A stretch of 64,000 nt of DNA from Octopus sinensis (GCF_006345805.1 NC_043026.1:5456001-5520000); one strand, 5' to 3'; shown: positions 25,525-37,667, numbered from the stretch's first letter. The notes: a model not told the origin generated them from the sequence alone. Translations and numbers: made by a program.

Positions 25525-26122
25525 TATTATTTCTCTCAAATCACAATGTAAATATACTTTTCTTGTTTTTCTTCTTATCGTTTAATCTCACAAATACTTC
25601 CACTCCTGATTTTCTCTCCATTGTTTCCCTGCTCTAATAACATTTATGTAAATGTATCCAAGCACACAAACTCATCTTCTCGGCACTGCAGACAGTGATG
25701 TGCAAAACTTTTGCTAATCACATCAGATTAGAACAAATATTTCACAGAAATTCACAGCATATATATAGAAAGTGTTATAGAATTTGTATAGAATTTTCTT
25801 TCAGTTTCAAAAGATGATAAATACTGAGAATAGATCTTCTGTTATTCCAATGTCATCCGATATTCTGAACTAATAAAGAAACAACAGTGTAAGATAAAGA
25901 AGCTGCTTTCAAAATACAGATTCAACAGTGGAAAATTGACAACATTTCTACAGAGATAAACTTTAGAAATAAGCATTTACCCGAACAACTGAACTTTTTA
26001 ATGTATTAAAATTTACATCCCAGAATCTTGTGTGTAGCTTACATATTTGTAAACCACAGCTACACCTTCACATTGTGTAAGATTATTTGGATTAAACTGC
26101 AGAAGAGCAGGTAATAACATCC

Positions 26123-26370
26123 ATAGCTAGAAATAGCAGCCGAATCTCGCACAAAACAAAGACATCTCTCTTACATTGCTAGAAATAGCAGCCAAATCTC
26201 GCACAAAACAAAGACATCTCTCTTACATTGCTAGAAATAGCAGCCAAATCTCGGACAAATCATAAACATCTCTCTTCCATTGCTAGAAATAGCAGCCAAA
26301 TCTCGCACAAAACAAAGACATCTCTCTTTACATTTCTAGAAATAGCAGCCAAATCTCGCACAAATCATGG
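26123..26370 (+). repeat. 52-bp minisatellite, 5 copies
   Basis: Cores at 26123, 26175, 26227, 26279 and 26332. Confidence 0.9.
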
Positions 26371-26392
26371 ATAGGTACTACTTAAGAAGAGT

Positions 26393-26553
26393 GGTCCCGG
26401 TGCAGGCACTCGCGCTAGCTAGTCGTGACTAGTCGATCCTTACTTTGTGTTTTATTTCCTTTGTTTAAAAAAAAATTATTTATTTACTTTGCTATGTAGT
26501 CGTAGGATCGACTAGTCACGTGTAGCTAGCGTGGATGCGCGCGCACCGGGACC
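26393..26553. repeat. CpG-rich imperfect inverted repeat of the ZNF upstream motif
   Basis: Arms 26393-26440 (ggtcccggtgc...agtcgatcct) and 26504-26553 (aggatcgact...gcaccgggacc) around an AT-rich 63-nt spacer. Confidence 0.85.
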
Positions 26554-27120
26554 CCTGTTCGCTAGTAGTACCGACTATACACTGAATTTTATGGAATTCA
26601 TAAAAGACATTTCTGAAGTGGTGAATTAAGCAGTATAATACTGTCTAATGGATTTTCTCTTAAACTGTGATTGCGCCTGCAAGCCGGACGTTTTCACATC
26701 ATTCCTTCGGACGTTCCTTTCCTCGGTGTCAGGAACGTCCAGTCGTTGTAGCACTCGGATGAATTTCGTATTCGTCCCACAGACGCAAGGAATTCCATAA
26801 TCGATGTCATGCTATTTGTTATGACTCGAATCTCACTAAGAATATAGTTTCTTTGTGTCAAGTCACGAACAGCAATGACCGAATCAACTATCTGACACCG
26901 ATTTCCCATTCGGAAATCTAATGCAGAAATAATTCTAGAAATAGCAGCCAAGGATCTTTTCCTTTTGAACGGCACTTTGTAACATAATTTCTAGGTAACT
27001 AAACACTTTTAAACTTCGTATACTGGTAGAATGTGTTTATAAAACATCATTTTCTCTTGGCTTTATTGAGAAAATTCTATAGTTTGTAAGATATTTCGTA
27101 TGAAATTTCGAACAATTCGG

Positions 27121-27362
27121 CAAATCTCGAACAGATCGTGAACATCTCTCATCCGCAGCTAGAAATAGCAGCCAAATCTCGAACAGATCGTGAACATCTC
27201 TCATCCGCAGCTAGAAATAGCAGCCAAATCTCGAACAGATCGTGAACGTCTCTCATCCGCAGCTAGAAATAGCAGCCAAATCTCGAACAGATCGTGAACG
27301 TCTCTCATCCGCAGCTAGAAATAGCAGCCAAATCCCGCACAAATCAAAGATGTCTCTCTTCC
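27121..27362 (+). repeat. 52-bp minisatellite, 4 near-identical copies
   Basis: Cores at 27155, 27207, 27259 and 27311; unit variant gaacagatcgtgaac. Confidence 0.9.
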
Positions 27363-27429
27363 CTAAAACACAGAAGCGACACGATCGTCTACAGATTTAA
27401 AAACATTGAATTTAAAAACATTGAATATT

Positions 27430-27608
27430 TTCCGAGTTTAATACTTAGGGAAATCTTCTTCTTTATAAAGGATGAAGTTGTTGTAAGTGTGTGTGTGGTG
27501 GTTGAGCCATGTTATTATAAATGTGTAATTGTAAATATTACAAAATATTGATGACAAGAACACTTTTCAGCTGATGACGGAAACGGAAGTATGATTGTGC
27601 GCATGCGG
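27430..27608 (-). promoter_or_regulatory. ZNF-B upstream NRF1-like and ETS-like motif block
   Basis: Minus strand ccgcatgcgcacaatcatacttccgtttcc...catcctttataaaga matches plus strand 37668-37830 upstream of ZNF-D. Confidence 0.55.
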
Positions 27609-27887
27609 TATTTCGTCTGTCTGTTTTGAGTTCAAATCCCGCCAAGGACGACTTTTCCTTTCATCCTTTCGGAGTCGATACATTAAATACAAGTTGTGTA
27701 CGGTGGTCGATCTAAAAAAATTTCGGGCCTTGTGCCTAGAGAAGAAAAGAAGGAAAGACTTCCCCCCGTATCTACCTCCATTTTCTCCCATTTTTTTTCC
27801 TTATTTTTTTGCCAAAAACCCCCGTTTTCGGATAAGGAAATTCTGGAAAATTGCCAATAATTGGCATTCTTAAATTTATATATTGTA

Positions 27888-28376
27888 CTAGCAGTATCGC
27901 CCGGCGTTGCTCGGGTTTGTAAGGGAAATAACTATATAAGCATTTTTAGATGCCAATTCGGGCTTTCTTAGCCATTTTTGTTTTGGTGTCTTCAAGCGAT
28001 GAAGTCGTTGTTCTAAAAGAACGCTGGTCTCCTTCACAACGCATTACGACGTTGATTTCTTTACACTCCCTTCCCCACAGCTTCACGAGGGAGGGAAGGG
28101 GGAGAAGCAAACAGGTGCAGCTGTGAGCGTGGACGCCAACTCCGCCGCCATCGACACACGATGCATTTTATGCATTAAAATGGAATAAAAAATGATGTTA
28201 AATTATTTTTAAAATCGTAGACTCATCGTTGACGCGCGCTAATAGTCAGACGGGCTCGATATGAATCACGACTATAAGATACCCGAATTTGGTTAAACTG
28301 CACCGCAAAATGTAGGAGGAGTTAGGAATCTAAATCGAAGGGGACAGACACTCACACAACTAGAGTTTTATATAGA
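27888..28376 (-). mobile_element. Non-autonomous Helitron 1
   Basis: Minus strand begins A|TC at 28376, has hairpin cccg-agcaacgc-cggg and ends CTAG|T at 27888. Confidence 0.75.
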
Positions 28377-28562
28377 TATATATATTATATATTGTATATA
28401 TATATATATAATGATGCATCAGTACTGTTTTATATGTGTGTGTGTGTATGTATGTATGTATGTATGTATGTATGTATGTATGTATGTATGTATGTATGTA
28501 TGTATAGGTTCGTTTATAGAAATACATAAACCCGAAGGAGAACCGCGCTCTAAGTTAATATT

Positions 28563-28760
28563 ATAGTGGGGTAGGCTGGTTTATAAGGTTACCCTGGGTT
28601 TCTCGCTCATAAGGGTTTTAACCTTACGGCGTATCTTCAGACCCCAAACACAGCTGGCCTGAGACCTCTTTAAGTTATTCTGGGGCCTGAAGATACGCCG
28701 TGAGGCTAAGCCCTTTATGAGCGAGAAAAGCGAGTGTACCCCATAAAACGGCCTGTCCCA

Positions 28761-28764
<4 letters not shown>
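28563..28764. mobile_element. ~200-bp hairpin MITE-like element
   Basis: Imperfect ~83-bp arms at 28563-28646 and 28681-28764. Confidence 0.75.
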
Positions 28765-28806
<42 letters not shown>

Positions 28807-29193
28807 CTAGCAGTATCGCCCGGCGTTGCTCAGCTTTGTAAGGGAAATAACTATAAAGCATTTTTAGAGAGTTATAGCCAAAAAATAGCAAAAAAAATGG
28901 GAAAAAAATTATGGTAAATTTTTTTTTGAGAGTTAAAAAAGGTCGAGTTGTGTCCCCTAGACAGTCTTTGGTTTGTGTTTCTGATTCTCGACCCCATGTC
29001 GAATTTATCGATTTTTTTCAGAACTGGGGAAACTTTTTAAAATTTTCGCTGCGTTAGTTTTGAATTATTACATTGGGCTATGTGTGTGTCAAGTTTCATC
29101 AGAATCGGTTGAAAGCAGTGGTCAGGGAGAGGGTACAACCAAACAGACACACAGAAACACACACAGACAAACTGCCGTTTATATAGAGAGAGA
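28807..29193 (-). mobile_element. Non-autonomous Helitron 2
   Basis: Same ~60-bp 3' end as Helitron 1 (CTAG at 28807), A|TC at 29193, different interior. Confidence 0.7.
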
Positions 29194-29331
29194 TATATAT
29201 ATAAATATATATATACATACATATATATATATATATTATATATATATATATATATATATCTATATATATATATATATACACATACAGACAGACAGACAGA
29301 CATAAATATGTACGTATATATATACATACAT

Positions 29332-29497
29332 AGGCGCAGGAGTGGCTGTGTGGTAAGTAGCTTGTTTACGAACCACATGGTTCCGGGTTCAGTCCCACTG
29401 CGTGGCACCTTCGGCAAGTGTCTTCTACTATAGTTCGGGCCGACCAAAGCCTTGTGAGTGGATTTGGTAGACGGAAACTGAAAGAAGCCCGTCGTAT
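29332..29497 (+). mobile_element. SINE family 1 head
   Basis: aggcgcaggagtggctgtgtggtaag...gggttcagtcccact (A- and B-box-like). Confidence 0.85.
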
Positions 29498-29510
29498 ACA
29501 AACACACACA

Positions 29511-29542
<32 letters not shown>

Positions 29543-29589
29543 CGCATATGTATACTACCCACATCATACCGCGTGTAAGGGAAGGAGTG

Positions 29590-29744
29590 AGAGTGGAAGT
29601 GGGAGTGAGAATAGAAGTGGAAGTGGGAGGGGAAAGCGCGTGTTAAGTGTCACGTGACTTTCAGAGCAGACGACATCTTCTCAAAACTTGCAAAGATTTT
29701 CAAATGGCGACCGAGGAAAGAGGTAACAAATAATTAAGGTAAGC
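29590..29744 (+). promoter_or_regulatory. Candidate promoter/first exon (possibly of ZNF-C)
   Basis: Repeated GGAAGT, palindromic GTCACGTGAC (29649-29658), caaatggcg, donor aag|GTAAGC at 29738/29739. Confidence 0.4.
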
Positions 29745-30047
29745 CTTTTATTTTATTCTTCTTTTCCAGAATTTCTCAAATTTTTGTTCCTTCCCATTTC
29801 AAAGGAATTTTTTGTTTTCTTTTCATGAGTATAAAACCCTACACAGCTTTATTTACGATCTCATATCGAGAAGACTTGCAGCATTTTATTGAGAAAAATG
29901 AGCGCCAATTAAGTTTGTGTAAAGTGATTTTTATTTCGATGAACTGTTTCATGAAACTGCAAAATGGAAGAAAGTATCTCGAATACCAACAGAGAATAGT
30001 TTGTGTGGATATGTGTGTACATACATACATGTATGTATATATATAAT

Positions 30048-30097
<50 letters not shown>

Positions 30098-30814
30098 AAT
30101 ATGTATATATACATATATGTGTGTCAGGTCACTTTCGAGTGCTACTGGTAACATGTAACGCAGTACAACCTTTTGCATGGTCGGGCCGTCAGGGACTAAA
30201 CCGGCAACCCCACAAAGTTTGCTTTGTGAGGAGGGTGTTTTATTGGACAACAAAAGTTTGTACGAATGTATTGTTTTTTTCTTTTTGACGAATAATAAAC
30301 CTTTACAACTTATTTACCATCTCAAAGTAAGCACATCCTACTGAGAAAACCTTGAGCACATTATTGAGAAAAATGAGCGCCAATTAAGTTTGTGTAAAGA
30401 AATTTTTATTTCGATGAAGCAACAAAAAATTAAGCATATTTTATGTTCTTTTAATTTGTTTTTCCTTTTAGAAAATTTGTCAAAATCTGTTTGTTTCTTT
30501 TCGGTGTGTGTCTACTTTCGGAATTGTAGGCTCGGATGAAGCTGAAACATCTAAATCTTGCTCCACATTTTTTTTCTTACATATTTTATTAAACAAAATA
30601 CAGCGGAATAAGGCCGTAAAAGGAATATTATCATTCAAAACGACTTTAAAATGTATTTCTTCAAAATTTCGTTAATAATATGTATTTTTCTGAAAATTAT
30701 GAGGAAAAAATTCAGTGGGGCACTAAACAGTAGACCTACCATCTCTCCCTCTATCTCTATCTCTCTCATCCTATCTCTGTCTATTTATCTTTATCTAGGC
30801 AATCTTACGGTTAT

Positions 30815-31200
30815 TTGGCTGCTATTTCTAGCTATGGCGGCAACCTTCTACACGCTGCATCGTTTGTTTGTTGTGTGTTTTAGATGGAGAAATATTCTTA
30901 AAATAAACTCCAACCCCAGAAATGTTGAGAAACCAATGCTTTATTATAATTTATCGAATGTTTGTTTCTTGATATAGAGAAATGGATATAATTTGTAAGC
31001 GGGGCAAAATGAGTAATTTCCCATTCTTATTTTCTCCTTTTTCGGAGTCATTATATTTGTGAATGTTGCTGGATTGTATTTAGGACTGAAAATTAATCAT
31101 CATAGTTGTTGAAGTTGCAGTCCGGGGTACAACTAGCGAACAGTGGTCCCGGTGCGCGCATCAGCGCTGGCTAGTCGTAAGTAGTCGATCCTACAACGAC
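30815..31200 (+). promoter_or_regulatory. ZNF upstream cassette, copy C
   Basis: ttggctgctatttctagctatgg...gtaagcggggcaaaatgag...ggtcccggtgcgcgc...gtagtcgatcctac, in the same orientation to its gene as copies A and B. Confidence 0.6.
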
Positions 31201-31221
31201 TTTTTGACCCTAACTTTAGTT

Positions 31222-31556
31222 TTACTCTTTTACTTGTTTCAGTCATTTGACTGCGGCCATGCTGGAGCACCGCCTTTAGTCGATCAAATCGACCCCGGGA
31301 CTTATTCTTTGTAAGCCCAGTACTTATTCTATCGGTCTCTTTTACCGAACCGCTAAGTGGCGGGGACGTAAACACACCAGCATCGGTTGTCAAGCAATGC
31401 TAGGTGGACAAACACAGACACACAAACACACACACACACATATATATATACATATATACGACAGGCTTCTTTCAGTTTCCGTCTACCAAATCCACTCACA
31501 AGGCATTGGTCGGCCGGGGCTATAGCAGAAGACACTTGCCCAAGATGCCACGCAGT
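31222..31556 (-). mobile_element. SINE family 1 (5'-truncated)
   Basis: Matches the consensus at 43968-44340. Confidence 0.85.
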
Positions 31557-31639
31557 TTGTTTATAAAAAAAATAATTTATTTACTTAGTTTAAAAAATTA
31601 TTTACTTTGTTCGAAAAATATTTAATTTGTCTCAAAAAA

Positions 31640-31955
31640 TTCCACCAGGGTCGACTTTGCCTTTCGGGGTCGATTAAATAAGTACCAGTTACGCACTGGG
31701 GTCGATGTAATCGACTTAATCCATTTATCTGACCTCTCTGTGTTTAACCCCTTGTGGCTAGTAAAGAAATAGGTATTTCGTCTGCTGCTACGTTCTGAGT
31801 TCAAATTTCGCCGAGGTCGACTTTGCCTTTCATCCTTTCGGGGTCGATTAAATAAGTACTAGTTACGCACTGGGTTCGATATACTCGACTTAATCCGTTT
31901 GTCTGTCCTTGTTTGTCCCCTCTGTGTTTAGCCCCTTGTAAGTAGTAAAGAAATA
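31640..31955 (+). mobile_element. Two tandem SINE family 2 pieces
   Basis: ggtcgactttgccttt...cggggtcgattaaataagtac...gtcgat.ta..cgacttaatcc occurs twice. Confidence 0.75.
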
Positions 31956-32537
31956 AGAAACTGGAAGAAGCCCAATATATGTGTGTGTGTGTGAATGTGT
32001 AGCTGGAGTTTAGAAATCTGTTAGCTTCACAAAAGATTTTCTGATGTAAATTTTAATAAATTAGAAAGTTCTGTTGTTCAGTTAAATGTTTATTTCTTGT
32101 GTTTATCTCTTTAGTAATGTTGAATCTGTATTTTTTAAGTAGCCTCTCTATCTTACACGGTTGTTTCTTTATTATTTCAGAATATCAGATGACATCGGCA
32201 TAACTGAAGATAGATTCTCATTATTTATCATCTTTTAAAGACCAAAATGGAAATATTGTACAGAACAGATATATAAGAATGTTTCTATAAATCTATGGTG
32301 GAATTCCTCTGATATATTTACTCTGAAATGTGTTATTAGCAAACCTTCTGGACATCACTGGCTGGAGTGTCCACGAGATGAGTCTCTTCACAAATTAAAC
32401 TTGGATAAATTTATTAAAGAATTTTGGGACAAAGGTAACTCTGGACAGAAATACAGCTGTCGAAATACTTGCAAACAAAAACTATAGATTCAAAAAGGTG
32501 TAAAAAGATTATATACTGTGTTTTTTTAAGTAAAATA

Positions 32538-34043
32538 ATGGAAAAGAGTGAGAAACTAAAGGAACTGATTTTTCCAGTAAATAGAGGAAAAGGGAGACAA
32601 AAATTGTCACATGAGTGTGATGTCTGCAAAAAGTCTTTCTCTCGAAAAGGTCACTTAAGTGTGCACGAACGTATTCATACAGGGGAGAAGCCATTTCACT
32701 GTGTCATCTGTGGTAAATCATTCCCTCAAAGTAATAACTTGACTACACACCAACGTATTCATACAGGGGAGAAGCCATTTCACTGTGACATATGTGGTAA
32801 ATCATTCCCTCAACATAATAACTTGACTACACACAAACGTATTCATACAGGGGAGAAGCCATTTCACTGTGACATCTGTGGTAAATCATTCCCTCAACGT
32901 AATAACTTGACTACACACCAATGTATTCATGCAGGGGAGAAGCCATTTCACTGTGACATCTGTGGTAAATCATTCTCACAAAAAAGTAACTTGACTAGAC
33001 ACAAACGTATTCATACAGGGAAGAAGCCATTTCACTGTGACATCTGTGGTAAATCATTCCCTCAACGCAATAACTTGACTACACACCAATGTATTCATGC
33101 AGGGGAGAAGCCATTTCACTGTGACATCTGTGGTAAATCATTCCCTCAACGTAATAACTTGACTAGACACCAACGTATTCATATAGGGGAGAAGCCATTT
33201 CACTGTGACATCTGTAGTAAATCATTCCCTCAACGTAATAACTTGACAACACACCAACGTATTCATATAGGGAAGAAGCCATTTCACTGTGACATCTGTG
33301 GTAAATCATTCCCTCAACGTAATAACTTGACTACACACCAACGTATTCATACAGGGGAGAAGCCATTTCACTGTGACATCTGTGGTAAATCATTCCCTCA
33401 ACGTAATAACTTGACTACACACCAACGTATTCATACAGGTGAGAAGCCATTTCACTGTGACATCTTGTGGTAAATCATTCCCTCAACGTATAACTTGACT
33501 ACACACCAACATATTCATACAGGGGAGAAGCCATTTCATTGTGACATTTGTGGTAAATCATTCCCTCAACGTAATAACTTGACTACACACCAACGTATTC
33601 ATACAGGGGAGAAGCCATTTCACTATGACATCTGTGGTAAATCATTCCCTCAACATAATAACTTGACTACACTCCAACGTATTCATACAGGGGAGAAACC
33701 ATTTCATTGTGACATCTGTGGTAAATCATTCCCTCAACATAATAACTTGACTACACACCAACGTATTCATACAGGGGAGAAACCATTTCACTGTGACATC
33801 TGTGGTAAATCATTCTTTGAAAAAGGTAGCTTGACTAGACACCAACGTATTCATACAGGGAAGAAACCATTTCATTGTGACATCTGTGGTAAATCATTCT
33901 TCCAAAAAGGTAGCTTGACTACACACAAACGTATTCATACAGGGGAGAAACCATTCCAGTGTGACATCTGTGGTAAATCATTCTCTGTAAGCATTACATT
34001 AACTAGACACAAATGTATTCATACTGGAGAGAAACCTTATTGA
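32538..34043 (+). CDS. C2H2 zinc-finger protein ZNF-C (17 finger units, 501 aa if two compensating indels are corrected)
   Basis: aaaataATGG MEKSEKLKE start. A +1 T near 33465 and a -1 A near 33491 disrupt finger 11 (stop at 33471-33473); the frame then resumes to TGA at 34041. Most fingers read SFPQ(R/H)NNLT(T/R)H. Confidence 0.8.
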
Positions 34044-34663
34044 TGTGATGTCTGTGGTAGATACTTCTCCCTGCAAATTGCTTTAAATTCTCACAAACGT
34101 GTTCATACAGGATAGAAGTCGTATCACTGTAACATCTGTAGTGAAACATTTTCTATAAGTAGTGATAAATGACTGCTCAGTACTTTTGGTGTTAACTAAA
34201 TGTATAACTATTGGTATAGATGTATGACTACCAATGTGACCATTTTAAGAACCATAAGCATTTTCAGCTCCTCCTAAATTGGTGGTACTGTTGTGGGCTT
34301 TCTCCATGGCAATAACCAAGCTATTCATCAGGGAATTGCTGTAATTGTAAGAGTTCCTTCTATGCCAAAGAAGGAAAAATAAAAGGGACAATCTTTCTAC
34401 CTGTAACTGTATTCACACCAGAGAGGAGTTAGAACAGTGTGTGGCAACCATCTCCCAACTCTGTAGTTTTATGTCACAACACGTAAGAAGACTGTGGGTT
34501 CTTTTTTTAATAGAAGTAGCTTTTTCCAGATTTTGAATCTTGTTATGAAACGTAAAAGTTCAGTCCCACTGTGTGGCACCGAGGTCAACTGAGAAGAAGA
34601 CCTATCAAGCCAAGCGAAATTGTTGTTGTGGAAGAGACTGGTTTTGTTGGTCTAAGGCATCCA

Positions 34664-34812
34664 TTACACTCTCAGAGTGGTTGGTGTTAGGAAGGGTATT
34701 CATCCATAGCAATCATGCCAACTTAGATTAGTGTCCGGTCCAGCCTCCCTGCTTGCCAACCCTGGTCAAACTATGCAACCCACGCCAGAATGGACAACGG
34801 ACATTGGATGAT
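34664..34812 (+). mobile_element. RTE LINE 3' end fragment
   Basis: tacactctcagagtggttggtgttaggaaggg...ggacattggatgatg, similar to 56238-56416. Confidence 0.6.
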
Positions 34813-35348
34813 GTGTGTATTTCAGTATTGTCAACATTGATCATGCGATTAGGGTTGGACTAAATCTGTTGCAAATGTCAAATGGCCTTATCCACCCAAC
34901 CGGTGTTTGAGCAACAGTTTTTATCCCAGTACAGAAAAATTCTCTTCCTGTCCACAAGTCATTACATAAAGAATGGTCCCTCACGCCTTTAGCAGAGAGA
35001 AGAAAGGAGAGATGAGATCAGAATAACCGATGCTGCGCAACAAACAGAACCAAGCCATGAAAATGCTACAGAATTTCAACTGTGATACAACTCCCACTGT
35101 TCCAGAAAGAGTTAGTTAAAGCTTGCAAAACCTGTTACTTCACAATTTGTAAGACATTTGCCATGTATTTTTATAAAGGATTGTAATAAAAAACAGTTGC
35201 ATTGAATTTACCTGGTTCTTCTTGTCATTTGTTTATATAAAGGTAACCCCAGGCAGACAGACTAGAACAGTGAATGCAGAACCAACACACAGCTACATCG
35301 AGATGAACCAGCCACAGTTAACCTAAGCAAAACTCATAGCCAACACTC

Positions 35349-35385
<37 letters not shown>

Positions 35386-35645
35386 GTATCTATATACATC
35401 TTTGTGTTTGTCTTTCAGTATTGCTTGACAACTGGTGGTGGTCTGTGTGCGTTCTCGTGACATAGCAGTTCAGCAAAAGGGACTGATAGAATATGCACCA
35501 GGCTTAACAAAAAGACAAGTACTAGGGTGGATTTATTTGAATAAAATCTCTTCGAGGCGGTGCCCCAGCATGGCCACAGCCAAATGACTGAAACAAGTAA
35601 AAGATGAAAGAAACACACAGCAACACAAAGATGATGCAAAATTAA

Positions 35646-35865
35646 CTCCTTCGTTATTGTATTTATTTTGAGATGCTCTGAGTTTCTTTCAATTATTTTG
35701 AATATAACAAAGAATTTAGTAAAATAACTTAGTTATCATTAAGCTAGTGTTAGGAATATAAATTGTGACTAAGGTTTGGTGGAAGATTTTAATTCAGAAC
35801 TTACGAAAACAAGACATTTTACCACAGAGCCAGAGCCGGGGCTGGCCGAGTTAGTGACAAAAGGG
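35646..35865. mobile_element. piggyBac-like MITE (TTAA-flanked)
   Basis: TTAA|ctcctt...aaaggg|TTAA, homologous to 61156-61369. Confidence 0.7.
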
Positions 35866-36234
35866 TTAAGAGCAACTGGATGAGGTCAATATATGCTGAG
35901 CTGAATCTGTATTGAAGTGGACAAGAAGAAGAATATGGGGTACGGGTGGGAGGGTTCATGAGGGGTGCAGGTCTTTGGGTAAATGAAAATGGGTTGGGGT
36001 ATTGAAACAATGGGAATGATATGAAAAAGGGAAGCAGTTTAATATTGGATCCGTTGAAGTGGGAGGGTAGAATACGGTTGAGAAGATTACAGCCCATGGC
36101 AGTGGTGTGTGGTGATGAAGTTACTCATACATGCAAAGTCATTATAGACAACACCCTTGTGCTTGTGTCTATGTATGTATATAAATATATACATATATAA
36201 TATATATCTGTAAATTAATATGGGACAATCATTT

Positions 36235-36354
36235 GGTAGCCATGATAAAACTCTGAGTTTCAGATGCCAAGGTGGAAATCCACACCGTCATCTCTTGGTT
36301 CCACCAAGGGTTTCCACCTCGGCATCCAAAACTCGGAGTTTTATCATGGCTACC
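36235..36354. repeat. 46-bp-arm hairpin
   Basis: 36235-36280 vs 36309-36354, about 5 mismatches. Confidence 0.9.
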
Positions 36355-36469
36355 GAATAATTGTCTCGTATTACATTTACAGATAAATTCCTCTACTTAC
36401 ATAATATCAAGGTCTCTTCCTTTCTTTTGTTGTCTTACCATTTTTATCATATATAATATATATATTTTT

Positions 36470-36504
<35 letters not shown>

Positions 36505-37667
36505 CGGAGATGTACTTGCATAGCAAGTGATTTGATCTGAGATCGTGTGCTGAAAGGAAAACAATTGCAGCGTGGAAGGTGTTTGTAAGCCATTTAAGCA
36601 ACACACAAAAGCCGTTCGATTCACTTCAACATTTAAGTTTTATTTGTCAAAATATTTTCGGCGCTTTAAGACCGTGACCTTCTCACTGACAAAAGAACAG
36701 GTCGCGGTCTTAAAGCAAATGGATGCAGGTGAGATCTTGCTCCAGTCTCAGAAATGGCAATGGTGTCTGGCGAGATCTCATCCAATATGATGCTGACTGC
36801 TTGTGCCGCAACAAGGGCTCCCCCCTGAGTACGGTAGTGCGTAAACAGGATAAAATGAGTAAAGAAAATAGACTAATGCAGTTTCGCACCTCACCTTCAA
36901 AAATGCATTTTTGGTGTTCCCCCAACCTTCTTTTTCGGCACATTAGGCATCCATAATGCATGTCATTTGAAAAGTATTTATATACGATTTCATTAAAAGA
37001 TATTTTTACCTGAAAGTTATGGACAAAAACGTCGGATTCTATGACTTTTTCGAAGTCCTCTCCCCACCCCCTCAGAAAAAAATTTACCCACCAACATCTT
37101 TATAACCGTAATGTATGCCATTTGAAAGCTATTTGTATAAAATTTCATTTAAAAAAAACCATTTTCCTGAAAGTTATGAGGGAAAAACTCGCATCTTGTG
37201 AATATTCCCAAGTCCTCTCCCAACCCCGCCGTTAATTTCCCCGCATTTTTGTTTTCATATTCCTTTCCTATACATTTTTGACACCCGTTGCCCTTTTTTG
37301 GTTCGTTTCTATTTCGTTAATATTGTAAACATTAGCCGGGGTTTTCTTTTTCCTTCAGAACAAATTCCAAAGCAGTCGTAAGCTACACCATCTTTGACGT
37401 ATGTATTGAAAATTTCATTAAAAATTATCCCTTTTTTCTGAAAGTTATGAAGAAGAAAGAAACCGAGGGATGTACAATTGTGTTGGTATGCCCAAATTCC
37501 GGTATGGTCCACTTTGCCTTTCACCCTTTTTGCTGGGGGGGGGGGGTTCAATAAATTAAATACCAGTTGACTACTGCAGTCCATGTCATCGACTTCGGCC
37601 GCAGCACCCCCTCCTCCTCGTCCGAAATTGCTGGCCTTGTGTCAAAATGTGAAACCAATATTTCATA

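Noticed and set aside
20631-27362. CRISPR-like arrays: regular 52-bp period with a core GCTAGAAATAGC identical to part of the engineered Cas9 sgRNA scaffold
   Set aside because: The intervening sequences are near-identical to each other rather than unique spacers, no cas genes are present, the context is eukaryotic, and the sgRNA match is only 12-13 nt.
29037-30288. Many YI/HT/CV-rich ORFs here and across the window
   Set aside because: Products of (TA)n, (CA)n and (TG)n microsatellites and SINE sequence.
33620-33680. A-to-I editing rescue of the Tyr (TAT) to Cys (TGT) in ZNF-C finger 13
   Set aside because: The same finger also has His to Leu (CTC), which editing cannot restore.
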